Sequence record: OP079919.1
Length of the DNA stretch: 64,000 bases
Direction: 5' to 3' (one strand)
Shown here: positions 9,884 to 19,860 of the stretch, piece after piece
Position numbering within the stretch: the first letter of the stretch is position 1
Layout of the letters: every line of letters starts with the position of its first letter
The notes under the pieces: generated by a model
What the model was told of the DNA's origin: nothing
Seen by the model: only the letters and a program-made list of their open reading frames with translations
The model's database searches: none
Program-made: the position numbers and the translations under genes

Positions 9884-9912
9884 AGAATCTGGCCCCAGAA
9901 AGGCCAGATTCT
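9884..9912 (+). terminator. Intergenic hairpin (terminator or processing signal)
   Basis: Perfect 11-bp stem AGAATCTGGCC/GGCCAGATTCT with a 7-nt loop. Confidence 0.55.
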
Positions 9913-9915
9913 ATG
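9912..9915 (+). promoter_or_regulatory. Candidate late promoter (TATG)
   Basis: TATG lies directly after the hairpin and upstream of a structural operon. phiKZ late promoters have TATG at the start site. The motif is short, so support is weak. Confidence 0.3.
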
Positions 9916-9947
9916 ACCTTATATTTTTAACAGAAGAGGACGTTATT

Positions 9948-11462
9948 GTGCTCAGAACGTTTGTAAAAGCAGGGGAAACGTACCGTAACGCTCTTTATCC
10001 TGCAATCATCGAATCCCTTCGTCGGGTTTTAGAATTCTACTCACTGACGGGTATTGACAAAGTGTATTTCAACGGGGACGCGGAAGTCTCCAAGCAACTT
10101 TTTTCTGACCTCGAGAGTGGAGTGCGGGCAGATAGACAAACCGATTTCAAATTAATCAATAAACTCTATATCGTTACTGAAGAACAGCCTTCTGTCTTTA
10201 ACAACGGTTACGGGAATGCCCAGAGAACGATAACCAACAGACCGGTGTGGAAAACGGACGACGATAAAGTTATGATCATCCCTACCTACGATGGAAGAGA
10301 GATCACTGTTGATATTAATGCTCACTTCAGGACAAGGCAAGAAGCCCGTAATTTCCGTAACAGTTTAGAGCAGGCTAGAAATCGTCAGGCTAACGACCTT
10401 AATTTCAACGCCCACGTCCATTACCCGCTGAACCTGGAAATTATCTACTTCCTTACCACCATTCACAAACGGTTAGTGAACGCAGGCCAGGTTACCGATG
10501 AGTTTGCCCCATGGTTCTTTAAGAATGCGTGCATGCCATTCACCACGATAACTAACCCGGCCGGGAATAACACTCAGGTCGTTTTACAACAAAGACGTGA
10601 TGAGATTGGGATATTCTTTGAAGAACCCACTATTGCGTTGACCCGTAAATCCAACGAATATCTGGGTCGGTACGAAGTTTCTTTCCGTTATAAGTTCTAT
10701 TGGAACGAACAGACCGATTGGGACTTGCGTTACCCTCTAATGATCTATCAACAGCCGTTAGATCAAATGTACATGCCTAAACCTCAGTTGGGTTACCGGA
10801 ATGGGTTTAACCCCCATGCTTTTGTAGAGTTAGGTATGATTAACTTGTTGCTGAAAAGCAGGACAAAACATTCACCTTACTATCAGCGAATTCCGGAATA
10901 CGACATGTGGGTTCCACCAGGACAACGTTGGTTAGACACGCAGTTAACAATCGCGATTACGGTTCGAGACGAGGCGAACGTCCCTCTTATTAATATCGTT
11001 AATGATATTCCTAATTGGACCTGGGATGACGACTTCTTGGAACACATGTTAAAGTATCGCGAAAACCTCTTCACCCGCCATGAAGACATTTTCCATATTC
11101 AGGTTTATTCTGACGATATCTTAGTCCTCCCAGAACAGCTCAGTATGGATGAGGAAGGGAACATACTTCTTAATCGTAAACCGACGATGGGTAACGTATA
11201 TCGGGTCGTTATTTTTGTCGACTGTAATTTAAAAGAATTCAGCGATCAAAATAACCAAAACATATTGGACGATGAAAATTATCTCTACGTAGTCATCCCT
11301 AAATTATTCCCTTGGTATAAGTGGGATAAGTTCCCGGTGAATACGTCTAACGACCTTGTCAGGATGATAGACGAATCGGGATTAGGCGATATGGGCGGGT
11401 TAAGAGAGCCAGTGCCAATGTATATGATGAATAACAGCCTAGCGGCCTATAGGGAGAATTAA
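9948..11462 (+). CDS. Conserved virion structural protein, 504 aa (tail/baseplate region)
   Basis: GTG start with AGAGGA SD; long ORF in the structural cluster. Confidence 0.5.
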   Translation: MLRTFVKAGETYRNALYPAIIESLRRVLEFYSLTGIDKVYFNGDAEVSKQLFSDLESGVRADRQTDFKLINKLYIVTEEQPSVFNNGYGNAQRTITNRPVWKTDDDKVMIIPTYDGREITVDINAHFRTRQEARNFRNSLEQARNRQANDLNFNAHVHYPLNLEIIYFLTTIHKRLVNAGQVTDEFAPWFFKNACMPFTTITNPAGNNTQVVLQQRRDEIGIFFEEPTIALTRKSNEYLGRYEVSFRYKFYWNEQTDWDLRYPLMIYQQPLDQMYMPKPQLGYRNGFNPHAFVELGMINLLLKSRTKHSPYYQRIPEYDMWVPPGQRWLDTQLTIAITVRDEANVPLINIVNDIPNWTWDDDFLEHMLKYRENLFTRHEDIFHIQVYSDDILVLPEQLSMDEEGNILLNRKPTMGNVYRVVIFVDCNLKEFSDQNNQNILDDENYLYVVIPKLFPWYKWDKFPVNTSNDLVRMIDESGLGDMGGLREPVPMYMMNNSLAAYREN

Positions 11463-11465
11463 GAA

Positions 11466-12761
11466 ATGGGTGTGTTCACTCCAGGTACCGGTGATAATCC
11501 CACCGTAACGACCGCTGAAGGACCTAAGATTTATGCTGATGACTATAAGTCCAGTATCGTCGATTCCGTCTATGTGCACGGGACGAGTTTACTGACTTTT
11601 GTTACAGGTACTCCAGTAAGGACACAATACTACCGCCAATATCTTGGCGCTGATGAAGTTCCTGTCGGACCACAGTTAGACGATATAAACACCTACCAGT
11701 CCTACACTCGAATCAACGACCTCATCATGAAATTCGAGGGTAAGCCGGCGTATTCATTTGACACCGATACCGCCGAATCAACAGAGACGGGTGGAGCTTA
11801 CGTCATTTTTGATCTGAACCCAATTCAGGGTGATGTTTTTATCCGGGATATTGGTGACGGTCGTGCGGGTATTTACGTCGTAGAAGGTCAGCCTGAACTT
11901 CGTAGTTACGCGGCGGATAAAGTCTATTTTATCCAGTTCAAACTCATCGGTTTGATGACCCAAGCTATCGAAGACAATTTTAATAGTAAAGTCGTCAGGG
12001 AATATTACTATTCCAAAGATTCCGCTCTAAACGGCGGGAACGCACTGCTATCTAAAGACCGTTTAGATGGCGTCAAGGAACTGATGCGGCTGTCCTTCGC
12101 CATTACGCAGCAGCTGCTACGTAAGAACTATTTTAACCCTGAAGAAACTATCACGTTTAAGAACGAAGAAGACGGCTTTGTTTATTACGATCCTTACTTG
12201 ACGAGATTCCTTACGTATGTTTTACCTTACCGAGAATTCCTCGGGGTCAAACCGATTAATCTCATCAATACTCAGGTGGGTGTTAAACACAACTATAACG
12301 ACCAGCTTACGGTTTACGACGCGCTTCTCCAAATGAATAAGGATCTGCTCGCCGTTGTACCTCGTAAGATGCACGTTTATTCCCGTCGTCAGTTCTTCGG
12401 AACCCGGACATACGGTTCTCCGTTGATGACGAAAATAGACCGTTTCTATCAGGTGGAGAAACTTGAGTTCGATGGCATTCAGAGACTCAATTTACCCGTT
12501 AACGGTTATATCCTTTATCCTGACCCGGAACCGGGTAGTGAAGAGGATTTCTATTTCAGCAATGGTTTCTTTGACGGCGTTCCGGCTAATGAATTTGAAC
12601 GTTTAACGCTGGACTTTTTCTTTAACAAAGTCAGAGATCGGGACGCGTTGCTGGCGTATGCCAAAACGGTATTAACGTTGCCTGATAAAGATCTGGCTTA
12701 TCAGGGCGGGGTTGTGGTGGCTATGATAGAACTATCCCGCAAAGTTTTAACTGGAGAATAA
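11466..12761 (+). CDS. Conserved virion structural protein, 431 aa
   Basis: Tightly coupled ORF; beta-rich N-terminal half. Confidence 0.5.
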   Translation: MGVFTPGTGDNPTVTTAEGPKIYADDYKSSIVDSVYVHGTSLLTFVTGTPVRTQYYRQYLGADEVPVGPQLDDINTYQSYTRINDLIMKFEGKPAYSFDTDTAESTETGGAYVIFDLNPIQGDVFIRDIGDGRAGIYVVEGQPELRSYAADKVYFIQFKLIGLMTQAIEDNFNSKVVREYYYSKDSALNGGNALLSKDRLDGVKELMRLSFAITQQLLRKNYFNPEETITFKNEEDGFVYYDPYLTRFLTYVLPYREFLGVKPINLINTQVGVKHNYNDQLTVYDALLQMNKDLLAVVPRKMHVYSRRQFFGTRTYGSPLMTKIDRFYQVEKLEFDGIQRLNLPVNGYILYPDPEPGSEEDFYFSNGFFDGVPANEFERLTLDFFFNKVRDRDALLAYAKTVLTLPDKDLAYQGGVVVAMIELSRKVLTGE

Positions 12762-12763
12762 TC

Positions 12764-13426
12764 ATGATCGAGCTCTTTCGTTATAAAGAGATTAGGAAGT
12801 CACTTATTGCCCAACACGACATTATTGTTAATCGCAATTATCGTGTGTCTTTTCCTCGGCAATACTTAATGTCCTTGGATCAATTGGAGAACCGAGAAAT
12901 TGTTCGTATGACGAGTGTGATTGATCCGGATTCGCACACTCGGCCTTCTCCTATGACTGTGACGTTAGAGCGGGTTATCGATATTCTCAAACGACTTCCT
13001 GATAGTAGGATACTCGCGTTTAAACACAGCAGGGACGCTCTGGAGATTTACGAAACTATTCAGGGGTATCTCAACAATTGGATAGAGATCATTTTAGAGG
13101 CCCCCGAATTCTCCTACCCGACGATTCAAGAACTTTATGATTTGGAAAGTGTGGCCAAGTGGGCATTCCCGGTTTATCAACATGAAAAACGCATGATGTC
13201 GTTCAGGGAAAATAGGGATTTCAATAAGCAACAGTTCGCCCATCCTTTGCTAAGCCTGATTGGTGTGTTGAAGTCCGATGACGATGTTCCGTCATTTGTC
13301 TCATTTTTGGATAACCGTCTTCCGGAACACCTTAAAGCCTACCGTAACGAAGAACTCTTCACAGAAGACTTAAAAGAAGTTCTTTCTTTTGATAACTCTT
13401 TATTTGGAATTAAGGGTGGGTTATGA
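12764..13426 (+). CDS. Hypothetical protein, 220 aa
   Basis: GGAG SD; tiles the operon. Confidence 0.5.
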   Translation: MIELFRYKEIRKSLIAQHDIIVNRNYRVSFPRQYLMSLDQLENREIVRMTSVIDPDSHTRPSPMTVTLERVIDILKRLPDSRILAFKHSRDALEIYETIQGYLNNWIEIILEAPEFSYPTIQELYDLESVAKWAFPVYQHEKRMMSFRENRDFNKQQFAHPLLSLIGVLKSDDDVPSFVSFLDNRLPEHLKAYRNEELFTEDLKEVLSFDNSLFGIKGGL

Positions 13427-14769
13427 TACCCGTTAATATTAGTAACGTTTTAGAACAGGCGAAGCAGGTTGCTGCAACCAAACGACCGACCATCTCCACA
13501 CTCGAGTTAACCCTCATAACCCCGGAATTACATTACCCCGTTCCTAACGTTCAGAGACTCTCTAAGAGTTCTAATTTCTTGGAGGACGGGACGGATGTTT
13601 GGGTCATTAACTTCTTGATGCAACCAGGGGTTTTCCTAAAACAGATTCTCCCGTACAAAGACAACTTGCTCGTTGACTTAGTGGAGAGTACAGGAATCAA
13701 TAGAACCCTTCGTCGCCTCCGGGCGACAGTTCCAATGGATGTTAACCCTCAAACCAATTCGGATAACAGCGTCTATATCGATCCCGGTGTGTTAGATCAA
13801 AACATGGTAGTTCCCATCACACTTATCTTGATCGATACGGTATACGAGCAGTTACGTAACCAACCACTGCTCGACAACTATTTGATGGCCACGACCAAAG
13901 ACGTTTTGCATAATGTTTGGAGTCAGCAAGGTCACGCCATCCAATCCAACGGGGTTAATAAGTTTAAAGGGGTCGACATTGAAGAACCCACAGATAACCC
14001 CAGGGTTTATCGGCAGATCATGGTCAAGCATGGCACACGTTTGACTCGCTTTGCCGACTATCTTCAGAACGAAGAAGGTTTAGGTATTTATACGCGTGGA
14101 TGTGGGTCGTTTTATCGAGAAGGGATTTGGTACGTATTCCCTATTTGTAAACCGGAAAGATACGGTACGGTGAAGAAATCCTTAGATATTTATAAGTTCC
14201 CAGAGGATATCCTGCCGGTAACGGAACAGACGTACGGAACGACGGCGAACTCCACGTTAATACTTTCTACCGGGCCGTCTAAATTGCTAGACGGTACCGA
14301 TAACCTGAGGCAGAATTTTGGGGCCGGTCAGCAGATCATTTCTTCGGATGCAATCGCGGGAGAAGTTGGTTCGCACTACAACAACGGAGCGAGCGTCACG
14401 CTACGGGCAGAGAAAGTCACGGAGTACAGAACCACCCAACGTGCCTCAGGGCAGGAGCTTATTGACGTCAACGCCACTCCAACCAATAACGTTTTTAAAG
14501 AGATAACTAAAAACGCCATGAGGGACTGCAAGGTACTGGAATTGAATTGGACTAACTCCAATCCTTTTCTCGTTACCCCAGGCGCCCCGGTTAAGTATTA
14601 TTTCCTTAATGAACAAGGAACACTCACTATTCAGGAAGGAACCGTAATATCGGAGAAAACCACGTATTACTCCGATTCAACCAGGCCCCTTACCCCGTTT
14701 AGAAAGAACTCTATCTTAACCATACTCCTGCTCCCTATTCAAAATACCACGATAACCCCGAACAATTAA
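13423..14769 (+). CDS. Virion protein, probable baseplate hub-like
   Basis: ATGA overlap with the upstream gene. Size (448 aa) and beta-rich composition are compatible with T4 gp27-like hubs; the function is inferred. Confidence 0.4.
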   Translation: MIPVNISNVLEQAKQVAATKRPTISTLELTLITPELHYPVPNVQRLSKSSNFLEDGTDVWVINFLMQPGVFLKQILPYKDNLLVDLVESTGINRTLRRLRATVPMDVNPQTNSDNSVYIDPGVLDQNMVVPITLILIDTVYEQLRNQPLLDNYLMATTKDVLHNVWSQQGHAIQSNGVNKFKGVDIEEPTDNPRVYRQIMVKHGTRLTRFADYLQNEEGLGIYTRGCGSFYREGIWYVFPICKPERYGTVKKSLDIYKFPEDILPVTEQTYGTTANSTLILSTGPSKLLDGTDNLRQNFGAGQQIISSDAIAGEVGSHYNNGASVTLRAEKVTEYRTTQRASGQELIDVNATPTNNVFKEITKNAMRDCKVLELNWTNSNPFLVTPGAPVKYYFLNEQGTLTIQEGTVISEKTTYYSDSTRPLTPFRKNSILTILLLPIQNTTITPNN

Positions 14770-14783
14770 AATTCAACATGGAG

Positions 14784-14814
14784 TTTTTTATAGCACTATA
14801 TAACCGCAGTGTAT
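14784..14814 (+). promoter_or_regulatory. Candidate early (virion-RNAP) promoter A
   Basis: TTTTTTATAGCACTATATAACCGCAGTGTAT aligns with the motifs at 19831, 25846 and 55148. Confidence 0.5.
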
Positions 14815-14856
14815 GAAAAACAAAATGTTATTTTTAATTTAATAGAGGAAATCATC

Positions 14857-15315
14857 ATGAAACGTTTTATCTCTGCGGCTATTCTTTCCGTTATTGCTAT
14901 GAGCGCTACCGCAACTGAAAATACCAACATCTGGGGCTGCGTCACAAATACAGGCAAAGTCGCTAGAGTCGACTTGGTAGAAGGAGCGGGCGGCGTTCAG
15001 GCAGTCTACACGTTCGGTAAGGCCGGGAGCAATCCAGAGCTCTCCGTTGTCAAGAAACCTTCTGACGTTAAGTATACTGAGAAAGAGGCTTACGCCAACG
15101 GTATCTTGCAAACCACGTATTACCAACTGACTTTTAATAACGGACAGTTCAGTTATATCACTGAACAGTTTAACAAGATCGGACGTCTTTATGTGCTCAA
15201 GAACGATAAAGTTATTTCGACCATTGAGTGCGAAGACATTATCGATGCCGGTGTTCTCGATAGCGAAAACATGATCAAGATCTTTCCTTACCATGAAAAG
15301 GTAAAGGATGAATAA
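14857..15315 (+). CDS. Sec-exported periplasmic protein, 152 aa
   Basis: ATG at 14857 with AGAGGA SD; classic signal peptide MKRFISAAILSVIAMSATA; two Cys (GCVT near the N-terminus, IECED near the C-terminus) in a beta-rich mature domain. Confidence 0.7.
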   Translation: MKRFISAAILSVIAMSATATENTNIWGCVTNTGKVARVDLVEGAGGVQAVYTFGKAGSNPELSVVKKPSDVKYTEKEAYANGILQTTYYQLTFNNGQFSYITEQFNKIGRLYVLKNDKVISTIECEDIIDAGVLDSENMIKIFPYHEKVKDE

Positions 15316-15319
15316 ACCT

Positions 15320-15370
15320 CCTACCTCCACCCATAAGGGTGGAGGTAGGGCAACCTAATTTATTTTTTTT
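15320..15370. terminator. Bidirectional terminator between convergent genes
   Basis: 13-bp perfect stem CCTACCTCCACCC-ATAA-GGGTGGAGGTAGG, with a downstream T-run. Confidence 0.75.
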
Positions 15371-16911
15371 TATCCTGCAAAATCAAAATCAGGAACTGAT
15401 TCGCCGTTTTCGTCTAACATGTGTTTAAAGGATTTCTTGCCAGTTGGTTTGGTATTAATATCGTGCACCAATCCTAATACCGGGTCTAACGGATGAATCC
15501 AGAATCTATCCGACATCTGAGGACCCTCCCCGCGGATTTTCCCTGCATAAAAGGTGTGGTACGCTTTATCGTCTATTGTTCTGGCAACGTGTATGGTTCC
15601 TTCGAAATCAACTTCGTTAGTAAGTTTAGTCGATCCTTCTGTCATAGACTTACCACCAACTTCTTTAGCGAAGTTGAGTTCTGCATCGTCGTCTGATTCA
15701 CGCAAGAACCGTTTGGCTTCAGGAGACAACTGATGTGGGGTATGGAAAGAAATACCGTGGTTTACGATAAATCCCCTTATGCGCTTGTAAAGGTCCTGAA
15801 GTTTATCAGAACGAGATTCCCCAGCTGTCCCTTTTAAGTTAGCCATAGCCAAGTAATCGTAAGCCCAAACTATGATCTCATGACCTTTCATCTGTAACTT
15901 ACGAATACGGTCAGTCATCTCATAATAGTTATCGTTGACGGGATCGACTCGGTTAATGATTAAGAACCAACCATTCTTCCTAAATCCGTCTGCGATGACT
16001 TGAGCGATGGTTTCCGGGGCTTCTTCTTTAAAGTCACCCTTATGACCGAATTGGTTAACCATGATAAGGCCGTACATACGCTCTATAATGATGTCTAACG
16101 CATCCTCAGCGGAATCCAGTACGATGGTAGGTATCTTAGACTTATCACGCAGCAGAGGTTTATTGTAGAGCCCTATGGAAGCAATGATGTGACTGAGGGT
16201 AAGAGACTTACCACGGTTCGTTAACGCGTTCCACAAATAAAACTTAGAACGTCTAACACCTTGGTCGGGCCCAAACGCTTTGTTCCATCCCTGCATCCCT
16301 AATTTCATTACCCCTTCACTCGAGGATTCTACTTTAGCCCTATTGATGATGTCGACCATCGAACCCAGGTTATCGGTATTGACCTCTTCTACCAAAGCGA
16401 CGTTCTTATCAGCCAATACGGCTTCCGTCAATTTGGTTTCAATCATGTCGGCTATTTTAGCCCACGTGGTTTTATCCGTTTTACTCGGATCACCAAAATA
16501 AAGTTCTTTAATTTCGTTCTTAAAATCTTTATTGAACTTATCATCCCCTACGGCTTTTTTGACTTCTTGAATATGACGATAAACAATTTGCCGTGTTCTT
16601 TCTTCGCTGGGGTAATCTTCTAATCCTGCTTCAATGGCTTTGGTTAACTCAGGCGCGTCTTTCATAAAGTCCATTACTCGTTGAGTGAGCAATGATTTTA
16701 TGATCGGCTCATCTTCGGGTTGAGCTAAAATCCAGTCGATGGTATCGCGAATAGCGGTTTCTATTTTTTTATCCTGCGTGAACAAATCACCTTTAGAAAT
16801 CGGTATTCCATTCAAAAGATCTTTCGCTTCCCCTAACAGAGTGACGTCTTTTATTTTTTTAATTTGGTACATCGCACTGAGAATCTTAACCAGGATCAGT
16901 AACGTGCTCAT
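15370..16911 (-). CDS. dnaB: Replicative DNA helicase, DnaB family (phiKZ gp118-like)
   Basis: Walker A variant NALTNRGKS, DSAED, Walker B WAYDYL, H3-like HQLS, GKIRG; minus-strand position just before the capsid genes, as in the phiKZ core block. Confidence 0.85.
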   Translation of the reverse strand: MSTLLILVKILSAMYQIKKIKDVTLLGEAKDLLNGIPISKGDLFTQDKKIETAIRDTIDWILAQPEDEPIIKSLLTQRVMDFMKDAPELTKAIEAGLEDYPSEERTRQIVYRHIQEVKKAVGDDKFNKDFKNEIKELYFGDPSKTDKTTWAKIADMIETKLTEAVLADKNVALVEEVNTDNLGSMVDIINRAKVESSSEGVMKLGMQGWNKAFGPDQGVRRSKFYLWNALTNRGKSLTLSHIIASIGLYNKPLLRDKSKIPTIVLDSAEDALDIIIERMYGLIMVNQFGHKGDFKEEAPETIAQVIADGFRKNGWFLIINRVDPVNDNYYEMTDRIRKLQMKGHEIIVWAYDYLAMANLKGTAGESRSDKLQDLYKRIRGFIVNHGISFHTPHQLSPEAKRFLRESDDDAELNFAKEVGGKSMTEGSTKLTNEVDFEGTIHVARTIDDKAYHTFYAGKIRGEGPQMSDRFWIHPLDPVLGLVHDINTKPTGKKSFKHMLDENGESVPDFDFAG

Positions 16912-16934
16912 TTAAAAACTCCAAGGTGATGATA

Positions 16935-17483
16935 ATGAATTTAATTTTTCAAGAGTCTCCTGACCGCCACCAGGTATGGTTATTAACTAATGATATGGTG
17001 AAAGCGGTTGAGAGATCTCGTATAAGATTCGATCAGTTAAATCGAATCCCAGAATATCGAGATCGTTTTGCGGAATCCGATATTATTGCTATTGCTGTTT
17101 TACAATACAGTATGAGCCTTAAATTGGGTCGTCCGCTCCAGGACGTGTTTGATCCAGACGCTTATGTGGGTGACGAGGGCCTGGTCCTCAAGAGTAAGAT
17201 TAGCAATGTATTAGCAGAACTCCCTCGTCTGACTGTAATAGCGGCGCTGAGTAATCCTGCTCGTTATTACATTAAGAAAGTGGGTAATGACATTATTTTA
17301 TGTCAAGGTGAGCTGGTTAAACCAGACACTAGCTGGACTGAGCTAAACGAATCTCTCTTCACTCACGCATTATTAAAAGGGATTTATAGCCAATACGGCT
17401 ACCATCAATTGCATTTCCGAGAATTGAACCGACCGCAACGAGATAGCTTTACGTTAGCCGACGTTCTCCGCGTATTGTCTTAA
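16935..17483 (+). CDS. Conserved small virion protein preceding the major capsid gene
   Basis: AAGGTG SD before the ATG at 16935; synteny with the phiKZ helicase/small gene/MCP block. Confidence 0.55.
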   Translation: MNLIFQESPDRHQVWLLTNDMVKAVERSRIRFDQLNRIPEYRDRFAESDIIAIAVLQYSMSLKLGRPLQDVFDPDAYVGDEGLVLKSKISNVLAELPRLTVIAALSNPARYYIKKVGNDIILCQGELVKPDTSWTELNESLFTHALLKGIYSQYGYHQLHFRELNRPQRDSFTLADVLRVLS

Positions 17484-17510
17484 TCCCTGATGCATAAGGG
17501 GTTAAGTACA

Positions 17511-17517
17511 TTTTATG
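17511..17517 (+). promoter_or_regulatory. Candidate late promoter (TTTTATG) of the major capsid gene
   Basis: TATG in the AT-rich intergenic region about 55 nt upstream of the MCP start; the same TTTTATG occurs at 40790. Confidence 0.45.
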
Positions 17518-17571
17518 TACTAGTGCCGTAAACAAATATTTGTTTAAAGCTTTGAATAAAGGAAATTATCG

Positions 17572-19758
17572 ATGAAGCGTACAATTAACGTCCGCAAAGG
17601 CTCCACCGCTGTAAAACCCCTGAACCTCGCGATGAGCGACATGTTTAGTCAGGGCGGCTTTAAATCTTTTACTGGTGTTGAAAACCTGGATACTGCGACC
17701 GACCAGTTCAACGCCCTGTTTGCTGGCACCGAGTCACTGGCTAACGGTATTAGCCCAGAGTCTTCCAAACTGCTCAGCAACCTGACCAACTCTCAGCGTT
17801 TCGCGACCATCTCCAGCATCGCGTCGATGCAAAATGCATTCCCGACCATTGATCGTCGCCTGGCTGACTTCGCCGGTACCGAAGGTTTCTCAATGGCACA
17901 GTTTGCCGGTGAGTCCGCTAAAGTTAAAGGCGTGAACATCACTCTGAACGCCCTGTCTCACCGTCAGACTGACGCTGCTGAAGCGCTGTTCACCACCGTC
18001 ACCATCCCGTACGCTGAAGAGTACCTGGAGTTCTCCGTGCGTACTGCCGGCCTGGGTCGTTACATCTACGGTGCTGCTGCTGGCGAACGTGCTTCTGAGC
18101 TGGTACCGGTAATGAGCCTGATCCGCAAAGGTAAAGCCTTCATGGCCGATACCCTGCGCATGTATCCGGTTTATCCGACCGACTCGGCTGACCCGAACCG
18201 TAAATACTTCATGGCTGCGTCTATCGCCGCTGCTACCGAAGCGACCTACGATAGCGCCGATCCGCTGAACCGTCAAGCTCACCAGACCCAATACCTGAAA
18301 GTTCCAGTATCCATTCCGAACCTGGTTGGTCTGTCCGAAGCTCCGGGCCAGAACCCGTTCGAAACTTCTGATGAAGTTGAATCCAACTCCATCCAGATGA
18401 CTAACGTTGCACTGACCGCTAACGTCGGCGCTTCTGGTTCTGCTACCGCAGTTGTACTGCGTATGCCGACCGTGAACATGTCTCAGGCGCATTTCGGTAT
18501 CGCTGCAATGGGTGCTTCTTCTGACGATCGTCAGATGGACTTCCAGGTACAGGGTCTGCCGGCGTCTGCACTGTTCAACATGACCAGCGACACGGTCACT
18601 ACCGCTCTGGATGCACTGAAAGCGAATGGCGCTCAGCCGTTCTTCTCTCTGAGCATCACCGGTACTTACCAGCGTCAGACCAACACCCTGAAAATCCAGG
18701 GCGGCTCTTTCGAACTGGAATACATCAAAGATGCGGCTGGCAACAAACATCTGCCGACCACTTCCAGCGCGACCATCAAAGCTCTGTTCGGCCTGTTCGC
18801 TGATGGCGAAATCGCCGGTGTTGAACTGCGTTACAACCACACCAACATCAACCGTGTGAACTTCGGTTACCGTGTTGAAGTGTTTGACGCACGTAAAACT
18901 CTGACCACTCATCGTCAGACTCCGATCTCTGTTCGCTACCCGGTCAGCAAAGAAGATACCAATGAGGAATCTCTGAGCTACGCGATCGATCAGATGGCGA
19001 TTATCCTGAACGCACAGACCACCGCAAACGCGTTTACCAAAGCTGAAGAGCACGTCGAGTACGTGACCTCCATCAACGGTTCTGCGATCGTGGGTAACGA
19101 ACAGGCGTCCAACGTCCTGGCCGGTATGCACTATGCTAACGCTGCGGCGATCAACCGTACCCTGAAACTGGCTGACATCGTGTCTACCCAGGATAGCGTC
19201 GGTGTGGTCGACAACATCTCTGCGGCACTGTGCAACACCCTGAGCGAAATGGCAGCAGCGCTGGCCACTAACTCCGGTCTGGCTGCTATTGCCGAATACA
19301 CCCGTGAAAAACTGAAATGGCAGGTTGTTGCCCATCAGAACATGGGTCGTTACCTGATGCGTTCTGGCGACGCTCGTACCATGGGTGCGTATACCGACTT
19401 CGCGGTTGAACTGACTAACGTCGAAACCATGATCGGTAAATTCTACCTGGTACCGCAGTCCGAAACCGACGGCAACACCATCGACCCGCTGGGTGGCATG
19501 GGTGTCTGCGTTGATAAAGAGCACGTTGTTGTTCAGGGTGACGTAACCCGTACTGATCGTCAGTTCGGTATCCTGATGACCATGCCGATCTTCCAACACC
19601 ACTCTGTATGTCCGATCGTCGGCGTACTGACTGTTGAAGACGCGGTACTGGCTCTGAACGACGAAGGCCTGATCGACGCTCTGGCTAAACAGCGCGTTGT
19701 GGTTAACGGCGTTGTACAGTCTGAAGTCGACGCTGTAGACGACGGTCAGCTGCCGTAA
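17572..19758 (+). CDS. Major capsid protein (phiKZ gp120-like)
   Basis: 728 aa; strongest codon optimisation in the window; propeptide with TGVE, AGTE and AGTE sites (residues 34-37, 51-54, 101-104); core-block synteny. Confidence 0.85.
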   Translation: MKRTINVRKGSTAVKPLNLAMSDMFSQGGFKSFTGVENLDTATDQFNALFAGTESLANGISPESSKLLSNLTNSQRFATISSIASMQNAFPTIDRRLADFAGTEGFSMAQFAGESAKVKGVNITLNALSHRQTDAAEALFTTVTIPYAEEYLEFSVRTAGLGRYIYGAAAGERASELVPVMSLIRKGKAFMADTLRMYPVYPTDSADPNRKYFMAASIAAATEATYDSADPLNRQAHQTQYLKVPVSIPNLVGLSEAPGQNPFETSDEVESNSIQMTNVALTANVGASGSATAVVLRMPTVNMSQAHFGIAAMGASSDDRQMDFQVQGLPASALFNMTSDTVTTALDALKANGAQPFFSLSITGTYQRQTNTLKIQGGSFELEYIKDAAGNKHLPTTSSATIKALFGLFADGEIAGVELRYNHTNINRVNFGYRVEVFDARKTLTTHRQTPISVRYPVSKEDTNEESLSYAIDQMAIILNAQTTANAFTKAEEHVEYVTSINGSAIVGNEQASNVLAGMHYANAAAINRTLKLADIVSTQDSVGVVDNISAALCNTLSEMAAALATNSGLAAIAEYTREKLKWQVVAHQNMGRYLMRSGDARTMGAYTDFAVELTNVETMIGKFYLVPQSETDGNTIDPLGGMGVCVDKEHVVVQGDVTRTDRQFGILMTMPIFQHHSVCPIVGVLTVEDAVLALNDEGLIDALAKQRVVVNGVVQSEVDAVDDGQLP

Positions 19759-19780
19759 GCAACATTAGTACCGTGAAATA

Positions 19781-19814
19781 ATAACCCCCTACCCTTAACG
19801 GGGTAGGGGGTTAT
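19781..19814 (+). terminator. Terminator hairpin after the MCP gene
   Basis: Perfect 14-bp stem ATAACCCCCTACCC-TTAACG-GGGTAGGGGGTTAT; no canonical U-tract. Confidence 0.7.
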
Positions 19815-19830
19815 ATGCCCGATCCTTAAA

Positions 19831-19860
19831 TTTTTTAAGAACTATATTATCTCTGGGTAA
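19831..19860 (+). promoter_or_regulatory. Candidate early promoter B
   Basis: TTTTTTAAGAACTATATTATCTCTGGGTAA; the core resembles the phiKZ early TATTAC element and precedes the nvRNAP subunit operon. Confidence 0.55.

Noticed and set aside
17890-19602. 570-aa antisense ORF inside the major capsid gene
   Set aside because: A shadow of strong codon bias on the sense strand; no SD or protein-like motifs.
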